From Octopus vulgaris (taxonomy: Eukaryota), in assembly GCA_951406725.2 (NCBI GenBank), contig OX597832.1, positions 30,628,001-30,692,000 of the forward strand: DNA of 64,000 nucleotides. Direction: 5' to 3'. The position numbers were made by a program, and so were the translations under genes. The notes beneath the pieces are model-generated. The model worked only from the letters and a program-made list of their open reading frames with translations. It searched no databases and had not been told where the DNA came from. Positions 1 to 11,409 of this stretch are shown one piece after another (positions within the stretch are counted from its first letter, which is position 1; each line of letters starts with the position of its first letter).

Positions 1-1065
1 ACAATTTGAAAATGTTCAACTTAATTTCTATTTTCAGAACTTGGTACAACTTCAGTCAGTAGTCATGCAATCAACAACAATGTTGTATAAATATTTTAGT
101 GACCTGCTGAAAACAATTATGTACCGATAATGCAATAATAAAGTGAGTCATTTTTAATAACTTCTCGTTCGTCAAGATGAAGAATTTTTTTCAATACTTT
201 GGAGTTTCATTTGGTAAAAACAAATATTGTGACTTAGTGTTCTGTTGCAGAGATAGTAGTTTCCAAATTTTTCTAATCATAAATGGCAACTATGGAAATA
301 CTTAGCTGAATCAAGGATTTGGGATTATTGGATTTGATCTGTGGCAACACTGCCAGGCTGTTGGATGCCTTTAGCAGAATTGGTTCTTCTTGAGTTATCT
401 CAATTATTACCAGTTAATCCCAGTCCTTTGTCATATTATCTGAAAGGTTCAACATTCTGAAGTCATCCTTCCTGTAGTTTGTCCCATATATTCCTGGGTC
501 TCTGTCTTCCATAAGGCACTTCTTTATGAAGCTGTTGGCATCCATCTGCATCACATGACCAATCAAATATTTAATTAAATCTTTATGATGCTTTCATGAA
601 AAGACAACAATGATCTCCAGTTGTACAATAATCAACTGGAGACGCAGTGGTCTGTTTATATAACTTTGGAAAAATAGACATTTCTTTGTCAGCTTTATCG
701 GTTTAGATTACTTATACGAAACCACTTATGGATTAAATCACGTGTATAGAGGGTTATACATCAGAATCTGTCCCCTTCCTTCACGAACGTGCATTGAGCA
801 CTTTGACCCACACACACATAATGAAATATTAACTTTGTTCAGTGTGGGATTCCATTATGTCTGTTATATGTTAATACCAACCTTGACATAATCCATTGTG
901 AATATAAAGCAATGCAGACTAAGGAACACTCCTTAGGAGAGAGTGTTGGTATAAAGTAACATGGGAAATGTCAGAAAGTATTTCAAATTTCCTCCTCAAA
1001 AAACAAAACAAAAAAACAAAAGAACACATTTATATATTTTATTGCATAGATATATGAAGCTAGAT

Positions 1066-1147
1066 TTATTTGCTGGAATAATCATGTTGAGTGATATGTT
1101 GCTTGAGAGCTGGTATAGTTGTGAACTCCTTGTGACATACATGACAT
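1066..1147 (-). CDS. APTX: APTX exon 6, C2H2 zinc finger (RCHVCHKEFTTIPALKQHITQHDYSSK*)
   Basis: Acceptor ctaatttcag|A, stop TAA at 1068-1066; matches human [22 protein letters not shown]. Confidence 0.93.
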
Positions 1148-1967
1148 CTGAAATTAGAAAAACACATATTAAAGAACGAGAGTAATACGCATGCTTAACA
1201 AAAAACAAAGACTATATTCAATGCAAATGTCCAAACCATAATTATTTTTTAATTAGTTAGAGATGGAGTAATACCTATTATTTTAGAAGGTCCTCTCAAA
1301 TCGGTAAGTTTGGTTTTTAGTTTGAAATTCTACAGTGGCAGAAAGGGAATTCCAAGAGTAGCAACTCTGGAGCAGAGGACTCAACAAAGATTGTATTTTG
1401 TGGTTTGAAGGCAAGGAACAGAAGGGAAAGCTTTGATACGTAATTTGATTGTTGAGAGAAGTTAAGCTACGTCGTAGCCATAGAAGTGGCAGAAGAACAA
1501 AAGCCTTTGTGAGCCAGAGGCTGTTGGAGCTTGTGGATGGATAAATATTTGCTTTATTGGCTCAATAAACTTCTGATGTTGTATAGGATGTCTGTCTACA
1601 TGTAGCAGCACCATCTCAGCAATATTTTAATGAGGGTATTAGTTGAAAGTTTTTAGAACTTATAAAGACAGCAAAGGTTCAAGGGCAAAATATTTTCTGG
1701 CACTGAAGAAGAATCTTAGCTTTTGGATAGTTCTGGCAATGTTTTAGGCAATACCATAACAGATAAAGTATTGCTTTTATTAACAAAATATTGGTAGGAA
1801 ACTATAATATTTCAGGAACTATACAATGTTAGATAAAAACAGTAATTAGATCTCATTTCCCTCTGGATTCTGAAAGGTCTAAATATTTGTCATGTTTTTA
1901 ATGAAAAGGTTCCTATTCTTATGTTTCAGGAAGAACATACATTTTTTTATTCTAAATTCTGAGTTTC

Positions 1968-2372
1968 ATATTTCTTTATTGCCCACAAGGGGCTAAACAT
2001 AGAGGGACAAACAAGGACAGACAAACGGATTAAGTCGATCATATCAACCCCAGTTGTTTACTGGTACTTAATTTATCGACCCCGAAAGGATGAAATGCAA
2101 AGTTGACCTCGACAGGATTCGAACTCAGAACGTAAAGACAGACGAAATGCCTATTTCTTTATTACCCACAAGGGACTAAACAAGGACAGACAAACGGATT
2201 AAGTCGATTATACCGACCCCAGTTGTTTACTGGTACTTAATTTATCAACCCCGAAAGGATGAAAGGCAAAGTTGACCTCGGCGGAATTTGAACTCAGAAC
2301 TTAGCGGCAGACGAAATACGGCTACGCATTTCACCCGGCTTGCTAACGTTTCTGCCAGCTCCCCACCGCCTT
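1968..2372 (-). mobile_element. tRNA-headed SINE (family A, MetaSINE-like core), two units in tandem
   Basis: Head GAGCTGGCAGAAACGTTAGC, B-box-like GAGTTCAAATTCC, core GCCTTTCATCCTTTCGGGGT(C/T)GATAAATTAAGTACCAG. Many other copies occur in the window. Confidence 0.8.
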
Positions 2373-2857
2373 AATTCTGGGTTTCAGTCATAATTTTGTG
2401 ACAGTGTTTGAAAATATATGCTCACCCAGCACCCTTTTTTATGTTAAAGGCTCTATCTAGCTGGTAACAAGGAAAATTATTTAAAATTTTCCATTTGGGG
2501 TTATTTCTTATCCAATAAATGATTTGTTGAGAAATTGACAATTTGAAATGAGAATTTTAATTTAACAACAAAAGCTTTATATTAATTTATCCCACTAAAT
2601 ATAGCCCTGGGCTGGCATTGTTACATTACCAGACACCAGCAATTTGAATAAAGCTTTCTAATACTACAGCTCAATCTATAACAATTATTTGTAATTAGAG
2701 AAATATATTCAGAGAATATAATTTTGAATTTGAATTTTAATTAAAAAACAACCAACACAAATAAAAATACTATTATACAACATTAGGATAACCTTAATTA
2801 ATATCAAATAAATAGGATTTCTAATTAAGAATTGGAGTGTGTTAGACGTGAATTTAC

Positions 2858-2939
2858 CTTAGATTTTCTTTCAGTAATTTCTGGTTTAATGTTTCATCAA
2901 CTGAGAGCTTGCCTTCTTTCTCAACTGTTTCGATAACCT
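2858..2939 (-). CDS. APTX: APTX exon 5 (EVIETVEKEGKLSVDETLNQKLLKENL)
   Basis: Acceptor tattttcag|A, donor AAG|GTAAAT; aligns to human VIEMVQEAGRVTV...LLKLPLR. Confidence 0.9.
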
Positions 2940-3151
2940 CTGAAAATACATTTGGAAAAAAAAACAGGATGAGATGAAAAAATGCTGATCTTTTTCTTTG
3001 TTTGATGGTGAGACCAAGGATGGTGAGCAATTGTGAAAGAGGGGAGGCTACTTGAACCTTTAAAATATAAATACGAGTTTCAGATTGTAGCTGGATTTAA
3101 TTCTTTGATGCAGAGTGGTGAGGAATAATAATAATGTCTTTAGGTGTGTTG

Positions 3152-3485
3152 AAGCATATTCTGTTGTCTGAGGAGAGTCATTTTCTTTTTGTACCTTATT
3201 ATGTAACACACTCACAGGTAAAATTTCCCCTTATTTTTTATTTTTATTTTCCTAAAATTTTTGTTGCGTCTTGCAACCTTTTCAATAGTCTTGACTCTTG
3301 AAAAGGTTGCAAGAGTCAAGACTATTGAAGGTTGCAAGAGTCAAGACTATTGAAAAGGTTGTAAGACGCAACGAAAATTTTAGGAAAATAAAAATAAGAA
3401 ATAAGTGGCAATTTTACCTGTGAGTGTGTTACATAATAAGGTACAAAAAGAAAATGACTCTCCCCAGACACAACAGAATATGCTT
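3152..3485. repeat. Fold-back (long inverted repeat) element in APTX intron 4
   Basis: Arms of about 150 bp: aagcatattctgttgtctg... / ...cagacacaacagaatatgctt, with a short duplicated centre. Confidence 0.9.
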
Positions 3486-3529
3486 TTTAAAGTAATAAAA
3501 TATAGATTTAGTACAATAGATATACTCAC

Positions 3530-3633
3530 CGGTTGAGTCTATGAAATAACTTGTTGTGAAAGAATTCCAATGTTTCTTAGTTTTTAAACATGGACTGCAA
3601 AAGTCTTCACTGATCACATGGAGATGGAGCTGG
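3530..3633 (-). CDS. APTX: APTX exon 4 (HIT motif [11 protein letters not shown]...KKHWNSF)
   Basis: Acceptor tttttccag|C, donor CCG|GTGAGT; also visible in ORF track 3429..3656. Confidence 0.96.
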
Positions 3634-3889
3634 CTGGAAAAATGAAGAATGGTCACGAGTGGTACTTTTTATTAATGATGTTTGTTAGAGTTAAATATGA
3701 GACTGATTGAGAAATTTCAGGCAGAGATAGAATAATAAATTATTACACCAAACAGAAGTAGTTCTTGCCAATTTATCAATGGGATTATCCTTATTTCCTC
3801 TGCCAGGATAAAGGATCATTGAAAATCACTTTTACAATACACGGGGAACTTAAAACTTGTAGATTTCCTTTGAGTACATTCTTTTATTT

Positions 3890-4320
3890 TTCTTTACTTG
3901 TTTCAGGCATTTTGATTGTGGCCATGTTGGAGCACTGCCTTTAGTCGTACAAATCAACCCCAGGACTTATTCTTTGTAAGCCTAGAACTTATTCTATCAG
4001 TATCTTTTGCTGAACTGCTAAGTTACAGGGACATAATCACACCAACATTGGTTGTCAAGTGACACAGACACACAAATATACATATATATATATATACACA
4101 CATATATAAATACACACACACACATATATATACACACACACATATATATATATATATACATATACACATCAGACTTCTTTCAGTTTCCATCTACCAAACC
4201 TATTCACAAGGTTTTGGTTGGCCTGAGGCTATAGTAGAAGACACTTGCCCAAGATGCCACACAGTGGGACTGAACCCGGAACCATGTGGTTGGGAAGCAA
4301 GTGTCTTACCACACAGCCAC
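3890..4320 (-). mobile_element. tRNA-headed SINE family B with internal (TA/CA)n tract
   Basis: Same sequence as 18975-19370 and 27438-27805 (GTGGCTGTGTGGTAAG...GGTTCAGTCCC...TTGGGCAAGTG). Confidence 0.8.
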
Positions 4321-4883
4321 ATATAAATCACCATCATTTTATGTTTGTTTCCCATGCTGGCATGGGTTGGATGGGTCATTACACTCTGAATCAGTTCTTA
4401 TTTGGGAGTCACTGACCTCAGAGGTCATATATGTCATTTGACTTCACTTCTAGGCTGGATGATGTTCCTTAAAGCTAACCACTTCACTGAGTGTGCAAAC
4501 TGCATTTTACCATGGCACCAGCACTAGAGTGGTTGCCATGTTACATCGTCATTGTCACCACTGCTGCTGTTGCCATCACCAACGCCATCCTCCTCCTCCT
4601 CCTCATTATTTTACACTAATTTTTCTTTTTTTTCCCCCGGTTGCACAGGTTGGCAAGGTCTTCCTCACCACTGCATCCTTTTTACTTGTTATTTCCTGTT
4701 GTGAAGGAAACTCGGAAGATGTACTCCAAGTTTTTGCCAACAGAGAGTACGCATTAAAATAACAGGAGTTTCAGATTTCACTGACACTATGTTATGAGAA
4801 AAGTAACTCAGAGTAGCTCATAGGAAATGTTTATTAGTTTGCTGGGATTGTGCCATTTTACATACTATTATTATAAAATACAG

Positions 4884-5107
4884 CATCATTGTTTAACGTC
4901 CACTTTCCATGCTAGCATGGGTTGGACGATTTTGACTGAGGGCTGGTGAACCAGATGGCTGCACCAGGCTCCAGTCTTGATCTGGCAGAGTTTCTACAGC
5001 TGGATGCCCTTCCTAACACCAACCACTCCGAGAGTGTAGTGGGTGCCTTTTTACGTGCCACTGGCACGGGGGCCAGTCAGGCAGTACTGGCAATGACCTT
5101 GCTCGAA
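4884..5107 (-). mobile_element. RTE LINE 3'-end copy
   Basis: AGGAAGGGCATCCAGC...CCATGCTAGCATGG...(ATG)n tail; flanked by an imperfect ~20-bp direct repeat (atactatta...aataca). Confidence 0.8.
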
Positions 5108-5185
5108 TATACTATTATATAATACAATAAACTATAATCTTCAAAAAATTTAAAATAGAAATAAAAAAGTTTGATAGTACCATAC

Positions 5186-5239
5186 CCCATGCTAGGGATG
5201 CTGTGGTATCCCATCTTAAACTTGAGATTTTCATCACTC
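5186..5239 (-). CDS. APTX: APTX exon 3 (SDENLKFKMGYHSIPSM)
   Basis: Acceptor tatttcag|G, donor GG|GTATGG; 54 nt, phase 2-2; contains the GYHxIPSM motif. Confidence 0.93.
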
Positions 5240-5676
5240 CTGAAATAGATCAAATAAAGAAAATATATCAGATCCCTTGATCAAATAAACTGATCGGTGA
5301 GGTAACACTCTTACTCCTGGGTTGAGTGGATAAAGGTGAGAAGGGTCACCAATTATATTTTTTAAAAAATTGGGTGAACTAAAGGATCTCAGCTTTCCAA
5401 GCATGAAAAAATGGATGTAAAAAAATGAAAATTTAGTTTCCAGAGACATCATTCCTATTGTGCAGTCTTTCAAAATATTCTGAAATCACCTGTGAAATAT
5501 TTAGTTTCCAGAGACATCATTCTTATATTCTGAAATCACCTGTGAAAATTGTACACAGACATTTGTTTCCTTTGCTTATAAAATGCGACAGATTTAAAAT
5601 TTCCATAATAAAGTGTCAATATATATTCTGTGATGCAAGTGGAATGTTGTCACATTGGAAATAAGTTCCTGCAAAG

Positions 5677-5995
5677 GTGCAGCACTTAGCAGTTAGGGGC
5701 ATTCAGCTCACAATCGTAAAGTGGTGAGTTCAATTCCCATCAACGTGTTGTGTCCTTGAGCAAGACACTTTATTTCTCATTACTCCAGTCCGTTCAGTTG
5801 GCAAAAATGAGTTGTACTCGTCTTCCAAAGGACCGGCCTTGTCACATCCTGTATCACACTGAATCTCCCTGAGATTTAAGTTAAGGGTATGTGTGTCTGT
5901 GAAGTACTCAATCACCTGCACGTTAATTACACAAACAGGATTTTCCATTGATTGCATCAACTGAAACCCTCTTCATCATAACCAATGGAGTGCCA
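5677..5995 (+). mobile_element. tRNA-headed SINE family C
   Basis: Homologous to 47803-48121 (GTGTCCTTGAGCAAGACACTTTATTTC...GGCAAAAATGAGTTGTAC). Confidence 0.75.
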
Positions 5996-6089
5996 GGTTT
6001 AAGTTCCTGGTAAATGAAGCCAGTATCATCTCAGTTTCAATTCAAGTTGCACTTATATGTAATTTATAAGGCTTTTGCTTTTATTAATA

Positions 6090-6502
6090 TTTCCATGCCA
6101 GTGCCGCCTTGTCTGGCTTCCGTGTTGGTGGCATGCAAAAACCACCAACCAATCGTGGACCTTGCTAGCCTCCTCTGGCACCTGTGCCGGTGGCATGTAA
6201 AAAGCACCATCCATACGTGGTCAATGCCAGCACCACATTGACTGGCTTCTGTGCCGGTGGCACGTAAAAATCGCCAGCCAATCGTGGCCGTTGCCAGCCT
6301 CCCCTGGCACCTGTACCGGTGGCACATAAAAAACACCCACTACACTCACAGAGTGGTTGGTATTAGGAAGGGCATCCAGCCATAGAAACACTGCCAGATC
6401 AGATTGGAGCCTGGTGCAGCCTCCTGGCTTCCCAGATCCAGGTCAAACAGTCCAACCCATGCTAGCATGGAAAACGGACGTTAAACGATGATGATGATGA
6501 TG
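6090..6502 (+). mobile_element. RTE LINE 3'-end copy with tandem GTGGCACGTAAAAAGCACC units
   Basis: Same terminal sequence and (ATG)n tail as the LINE remnant at 39703-41068. Confidence 0.8.
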
Positions 6503-6649
6503 TTTCTCTCTGGACTTATATGGACAGCTCACTCATTTGTAGATTCCAATTCATGGAAAGTCTCAAGTAAGGTGACATTAAATCGTTAGGATTGATAAAT
6601 ATTTGTTTATTTCTTAATTGTAATTAACTTTAGTAAAATTAAGGCTTAC

Positions 6650-6768
6650 CTTTTGGCTATCTTACTTCCCATTTTATGCATATGTTTGAGAAGACTGACA
6701 TGATCTCCGGTAACAGACTTCAAATTTGAAATCTTCATTTTTGGAAGAACTAGGAAATGATATTTAGC
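6650..6768 (-). CDS. APTX: APTX exon 2 (AKYHFLVLPK...LLKHMHKMGSKIAK)
   Basis: Acceptor ttccttctag|GCT, donor AAG|GTAAGC; matches human ARYHWLVLP...LLKHMH. Confidence 0.95.
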
Positions 6769-7557
6769 CTAGAAGGAAATAAAATGATGGTAGAAACTAG
6801 CAAACCCATATAAGAAAAAAAATGAAGGAAAAAAACCCTTAAAAATGTAGTTTTATTAATTATAGAAATGATATTTAATATGAAAAACAAAGTTTGTTTG
6901 TTGTTAGGTCTACAACATCTACACTATATTTGTGTGATCTGATTTTCAAAAACAGACATTGGACAAAGTAGTGGAGGCTGATTTCAAGGTGCTGAGCCTC
7001 AGAGAGATGACAAAGGACGAGATGATTCAACAATGTACGATGCTTGAGAAGAGCCATCCATCATGGCAAATGTGAGGTCCTAAAAGCATTATGTCTCTAC
7101 ACTCATTGAGCCCTGTTCCTGTCAAACCTTCCCCACCTCTCACTCTCCTAAACACTCCATCACTCTTTTAACTACAGCACTTCTAAGCAATTGTAATTAT
7201 GAGCAGAACCTGCAGGCATTTTACCCTCTTTTGCGCTTCTAGTTATCTCCTCCTCTCCTTGGAACCACTCCCTTTTTAATAGGAAGCTGAATGCTAAACG
7301 ATGATGATGATGATCATCATCATTTTCCTTTAGAAGATTCGTAACACACTTCATCCTCTTTGAACCCTCAATTACTCTGAAGTCATGTTTTTGGTGACGA
7401 AAACACAGGTGTTAAACAGATTCCGATTATATCGGAATCTACACTATCTGAAACGTATTTGTAGAATATTTCATTAAAAAAAAAATCCCTTTTTGTGTAA
7501 GCCATGCGGCAAGAAACTCGGTGCGGGACACACAAGAGTGGGAAGGCCAAATGATAC

Positions 7558-7728
7558 CTTTGGGTATTTATCTTTTATAACTACAACCTGGTCATCGCTG
7601 TCTACACGTAACTCTGGGTTTTCCATGGAAGACAATAATCCCTGGCTCCAATGACCAGGAAAACGTTTCTTTTTCGCAACAGTCTCAGAATCTGTTGCAT
7701 TCGATCGATGCTTGCCGGGAGCCGCCAT
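7558..7728 (-). CDS. APTX: APTX coding exon 1 (MAAPGK...GHWSQGL...VVIKDKYPK)
   Basis: ATG at 7728 with an in-frame TAA four codons upstream; donor AAG|GTATCA; 57 codons. Confidence 0.92.
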
Positions 7729-7879
7729 TACAACAACTTAGCAACGGTGACAATATATTGATGTTCCCAACAGAAAAAAGTTCCAGCAATGTTCGGTGTC
7801 TTAAGTTAACTAAATACAGGCATAGCAGTTTTCAGTGAGTTATAAATACTTGTTAGGGTTTGCTTGCAGGAAATACGCC

Positions 7880-8110
7880 GCCACCACCATCACCGCCATC
7901 ATCATCATCATCATTATTATTATCATTATTATCATTATCATTATCATTATTATTAATATCATTATTAATATCATTATTATTATTATCATTATCATTATTA
8001 TTATTATTAATATTATTATTATTATTAACATTAATATTATTAATATCATTATTATTATTATTATCATTATTATTAATATTATTATTATTATCATTAATTA
8101 ATATTATTCT
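7880..8110. repeat. (ATC/ATT)n microsatellite just upstream of the APTX start
   Basis: Seen directly; it produces the poly-Ile and poly-Asn ORFs in the track. Confidence 0.95.
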
Positions 8111-8818
8111 CAAATGTTGGCTCTAGCAATTTTTTATGAGAGCGGGTAAGTAGATTACATCGACTCTAATATTCAAACTAGTGCTTTTTAATCAACCCCG
8201 AAAGGATGAAAAGCAATGTCGACTTTGGCTGAATTTGAACTTGGGACATAAAGCCAGACGAAATGCCGATAAGCGCATCAAGGAAATTGGAAACTCGTGG
8301 GTATTTAAACATGTATGCCTGCACGTGCGTACGTGTGCAGGTCTAAGTAAGTAGGGGTTCAGATTCAAGTCTAGCCCATAGTACAGTATAGACATACATA
8401 GGTTAACCCGAACCGTAACACTTCATAAACCAGAAGAAGCCTTCGTATTTGTTGCATCCTTGATGAGAAATGTGTCAGTCGAGTTTGCCTGACTTAACAG
8501 CCATTCCAATAGAAATGGTAACTAAGAATGGTAAACTTCGAATTTATTTCTTTGAAACTCGACGTCATCCGTGAGATGACGAAATTCCTCGTTACACACT
8601 CTTGGAAGGATGTTTTATGAAGTTCGTGTATGGGAGACAGTATGTTTGTCTTCAACAAATTCTGTCAGACAACTTCAAAGGAGAAACGGGGTCGTAGGAT
8701 TTCTTCCGTTTTCTGACAATGGAAGGGAGACAACTAGATTTGATCATCAGTGAATTTATTCTCCTCGGCCACGGGAGGTAACTCCAGTTTGACTAAGAGA
8801 ATTCACTTCGCTTTTTAA

Positions 8819-8994
8819 AAACGTTGGGTTGGCGATCTTTCGGTACAAGTACCATAACTGCCAATTATAAACCCACGTGGGTTTATAATTGGCAGTTATG
8901 GTACTTGTACCGAAAGATCGCCAACCCAACGTTTGGGTTCTTCTTCAAATGTAAACAGACTTGGCAGTCATGGTACTTGTACCGAAAGATCGCC
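8819..8994. mobile_element. Rearranged GGCGATCTTTCG-ended MITE containing a perfect 116-bp palindrome (8819-8934)
   Basis: Spacer-less palindrome centred on cac|gtg at 8876/8877; a third copy of the arm at 8961-8994. Confidence 0.85.
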
Positions 8995-9354
8995 TTAAAT
9001 GGAATAGCATAAATCGGTGTTTTGTGGCATAATACTTTTTCATTTCATGTCATTTGTGATACACTAATCTCCAGTCCTGTGGCTTTACTTTATCCAACTG
9101 TCGCAACTCCGAGGATCTCTTTCCCACATTCTCTTCTCCAACAGAGTTTCGCCTTTTTCTGAGCCACCCCAGGCTGTGTAGAGCGAAACGAAATTGTATA
9201 TGTGAAGGAATTTGGAAACTATCACGTGTGTTTAAATATGTATGCAAGCATGTATGTACGTGTGTATGTCTATGTATGTAAAGGCTCTGGCTCAACTCCA
9301 GCTCTTGGCAGAGTGTATACATGCATAAGTTTGATAGAATAAATAGTACCACAA

Positions 9355-9505
9355 GTGTTTGGCGTTAGGAAGGGCATCCAGCTGTAGAAACTCTGCCAGA
9401 TCAAGATTGGAGCCTGGTGCAGCCATCTGGTTCGCCAGCCCTCAGTCAAATCGTCCAACCCATGCTAGCATGGAAAGCGGACGTTAAACGATGATGATGA
9501 TAATG
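9355..9505 (+). mobile_element. RTE LINE 3'-end copy
   Basis: GGCGTTAGGAAGGGCATCCAGC...GGACGTTAAACGATGATGATG. Confidence 0.8.
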
Positions 9506-10062
9506 AAGAGTCTAGTTCACAAAGATATGGTATCATAGTGCCAGGTGCAATCTCAGACAGGATGGAATCCAAAGGATTAAACATTCATTCAAACACATCA
9601 ACCAAAAGAAATCCTACAAACATTTTTTATTTCATTTCTTAAAAGCTTTCATTCATTCATTTAATTAATTAATTAATTAAAAAGAAAAGAACATTCTGTA
9701 CAAAAATTTTAATTTTTTAAAAACTTTTTATTATTATTCCTATAACTATCAATATTCTATTTTTTAAAAAATTATTTTTATCTGTTACAAAAATTTTTTT
9801 TTAAATTTACCAATCCAGTGAAATGGCAAATCACAAAAAATATTAAAAAAAAAAATTTCTCGAAGAAAGTCAGATGTGCAAATATTATTCCATCTGGTTT
9901 CCACTGGTATTTGATCTTGTGCTATGGCTTTCAGAGAATTCGACGCTTCTCCCAACGAGACGGACCAGACTTGCTTAACACCAGTTTAAGAGACAAACAA
10001 ACAAACATAAACAAACAAGAGTGCATGACACAACGGGTGGTTGTATAAATAGGGAACTAAGG

Positions 10063-10224
10063 TTAGCTGAAACCCCAGTAGGATGTTGGTGCATTTTCTC
10101 GCAGTCGGGACCGAGCAACGAATGAGGAAAAGGAAGAGATACAGTTTCCGATGAAATGTTTTGATTTCTCCAGGATTGCAAGATCCAGTTGTGGTAGCCA
10201 TGGATCGAGATGGAATACTTGGAC
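10063..10224 (-). CDS. POFUT1: POFUT1 exon 8 (VQVFHLDP...HFIGNCISSF...TSYWGFS*)
   Basis: Acceptor cttcccaaacag|GTC, stop TAA at 10065-10063. Confidence 0.95.
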   Translation of the reverse strand, partial: VQVFHLDPWLPQLDLAILEKSKHFIGNCISSFSSFVARSRLRENAPTSYWGFS

Positions 10225-10388
10225 CTGTTTGGGAAGAGAAAAAAAAAGTAGAAATTTAAAAGAGAGAGAGAGAGAAACAAGGAAAGAATGGAAGAGAGAC
10301 AGGAAAGAAGGAAAAAAAGAAACAGACAAAAAGGGGAGGAGAGAAAGAAAGAAAGGAAAAGAGAAAAATGAGAAGAAAAAGAAAGCAT

Positions 10389-10424
<36 letters not shown>

Positions 10425-10459
10425 GAGTCCAAAGTGTACGTACGCCACTATATGTTTTA

Positions 10460-10960
10460 TATATAAAAAATACAAAAATGGGGCAAGAACGCAAAACATC
10501 CAAACAGACAATACAAAGAAAACAAGGACGGGTCATTCAGAGTATTCTTTCCTCTGTCGAGTTCCAGATTATCTTTGCAATTTCGGCTGGTTATACTCGA
10601 GATTGCTCCAATCTGGCCAGCCCCAAGGAAAAACTAAGCTAAGAGCATTAGATTCCTTGTATTTGTGTACCATTTCTCCGTTTTTTACCATCCTTGTTTT
10701 TGTATATATTCACTGCTTTCTTCCAAGTAATCTAATGCATTTAGATTAGTTTTTCCTTGGGGCTGGCCAGATTGGAGTAATCTCGAGTATAACCAGCCAA
10801 AATTGCAAAGATAACCTGGAACTCAACTGAGGAAAGAAAATTCTGAATGACCTGTCTTTGTTTTCTTTGTATCGTCTGTCTGGATGCTTTGTTGTCCATT
10901 TTTTGTATCACCTAAGTATTTGGATGTTTTGAGTTCTTGTCCCATTTTGTATTTTATATA
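10460..10960. repeat. Fold-back element between (TA)n tracts in POFUT1 intron 7
   Basis: Inverted arms of about 200 bp (10460-10659 vs 10724-10960), e.g. ctccaatctggccagccccaaggaaaaac / gtttttccttggggctggccagattggag. Confidence 0.9.
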
Positions 10961-11409
10961 TATATATATATCAAGCACATGCTGTCAGTAATTACTCAGG
11001 GTAGAGAAATGGTGACATTAATGTAGTAAAACACAAAAAATTAGCAAAACACAGCCACTTGACTGAGTTGGAGGCAGATTTACTTCTACCTTTATAGCAC
11101 ATAGAGAAAACGTTGTTGTAGGAATGTACGCAGCATGTGTACTACAGCAGCGCTATGTGTAGTTTAAATACTGAGATTGAAAGGCAGGGGTGAATTATGC
11201 CTACCTAATCTACAAAAAGATTAAATATTTTGCATTTCATGCAGAGTAATCAGAGAGGAACTTCATAATTTTATTGAATTAGGTGCATATTTTGCCATGA
11301 AAGGAAAATGTTACTATCGAATCTATTTTATTCAGATAGGGACTGCCTAGCTTGCCCTAACTAGGCAGCATGTCCCTGATAGATATATACATATATATAT
11401 AATACTTGC

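Larger units (their letters stand above)
1066..7728 (-). other. APTX: Aprataxin gene span: join(7558..7728,6650..6768,5186..5239,3530..3633,2858..2939,1066..1147), 612 nt, 203 aa
   Basis: Hand-spliced exons all have GT-AG boundaries and compatible phases. The product carries aprataxin motifs [56 protein letters not shown] and a C-terminal CHVC...H...H finger. Confidence 0.95.

Noticed and set aside
3610-3633. HIT motif reads QLHLH instead of HxHxH, suggesting a dead enzyme
   Set aside because: The catalytic second His and the third His are intact. As I recall, the first position varies in non-vertebrate aprataxins.
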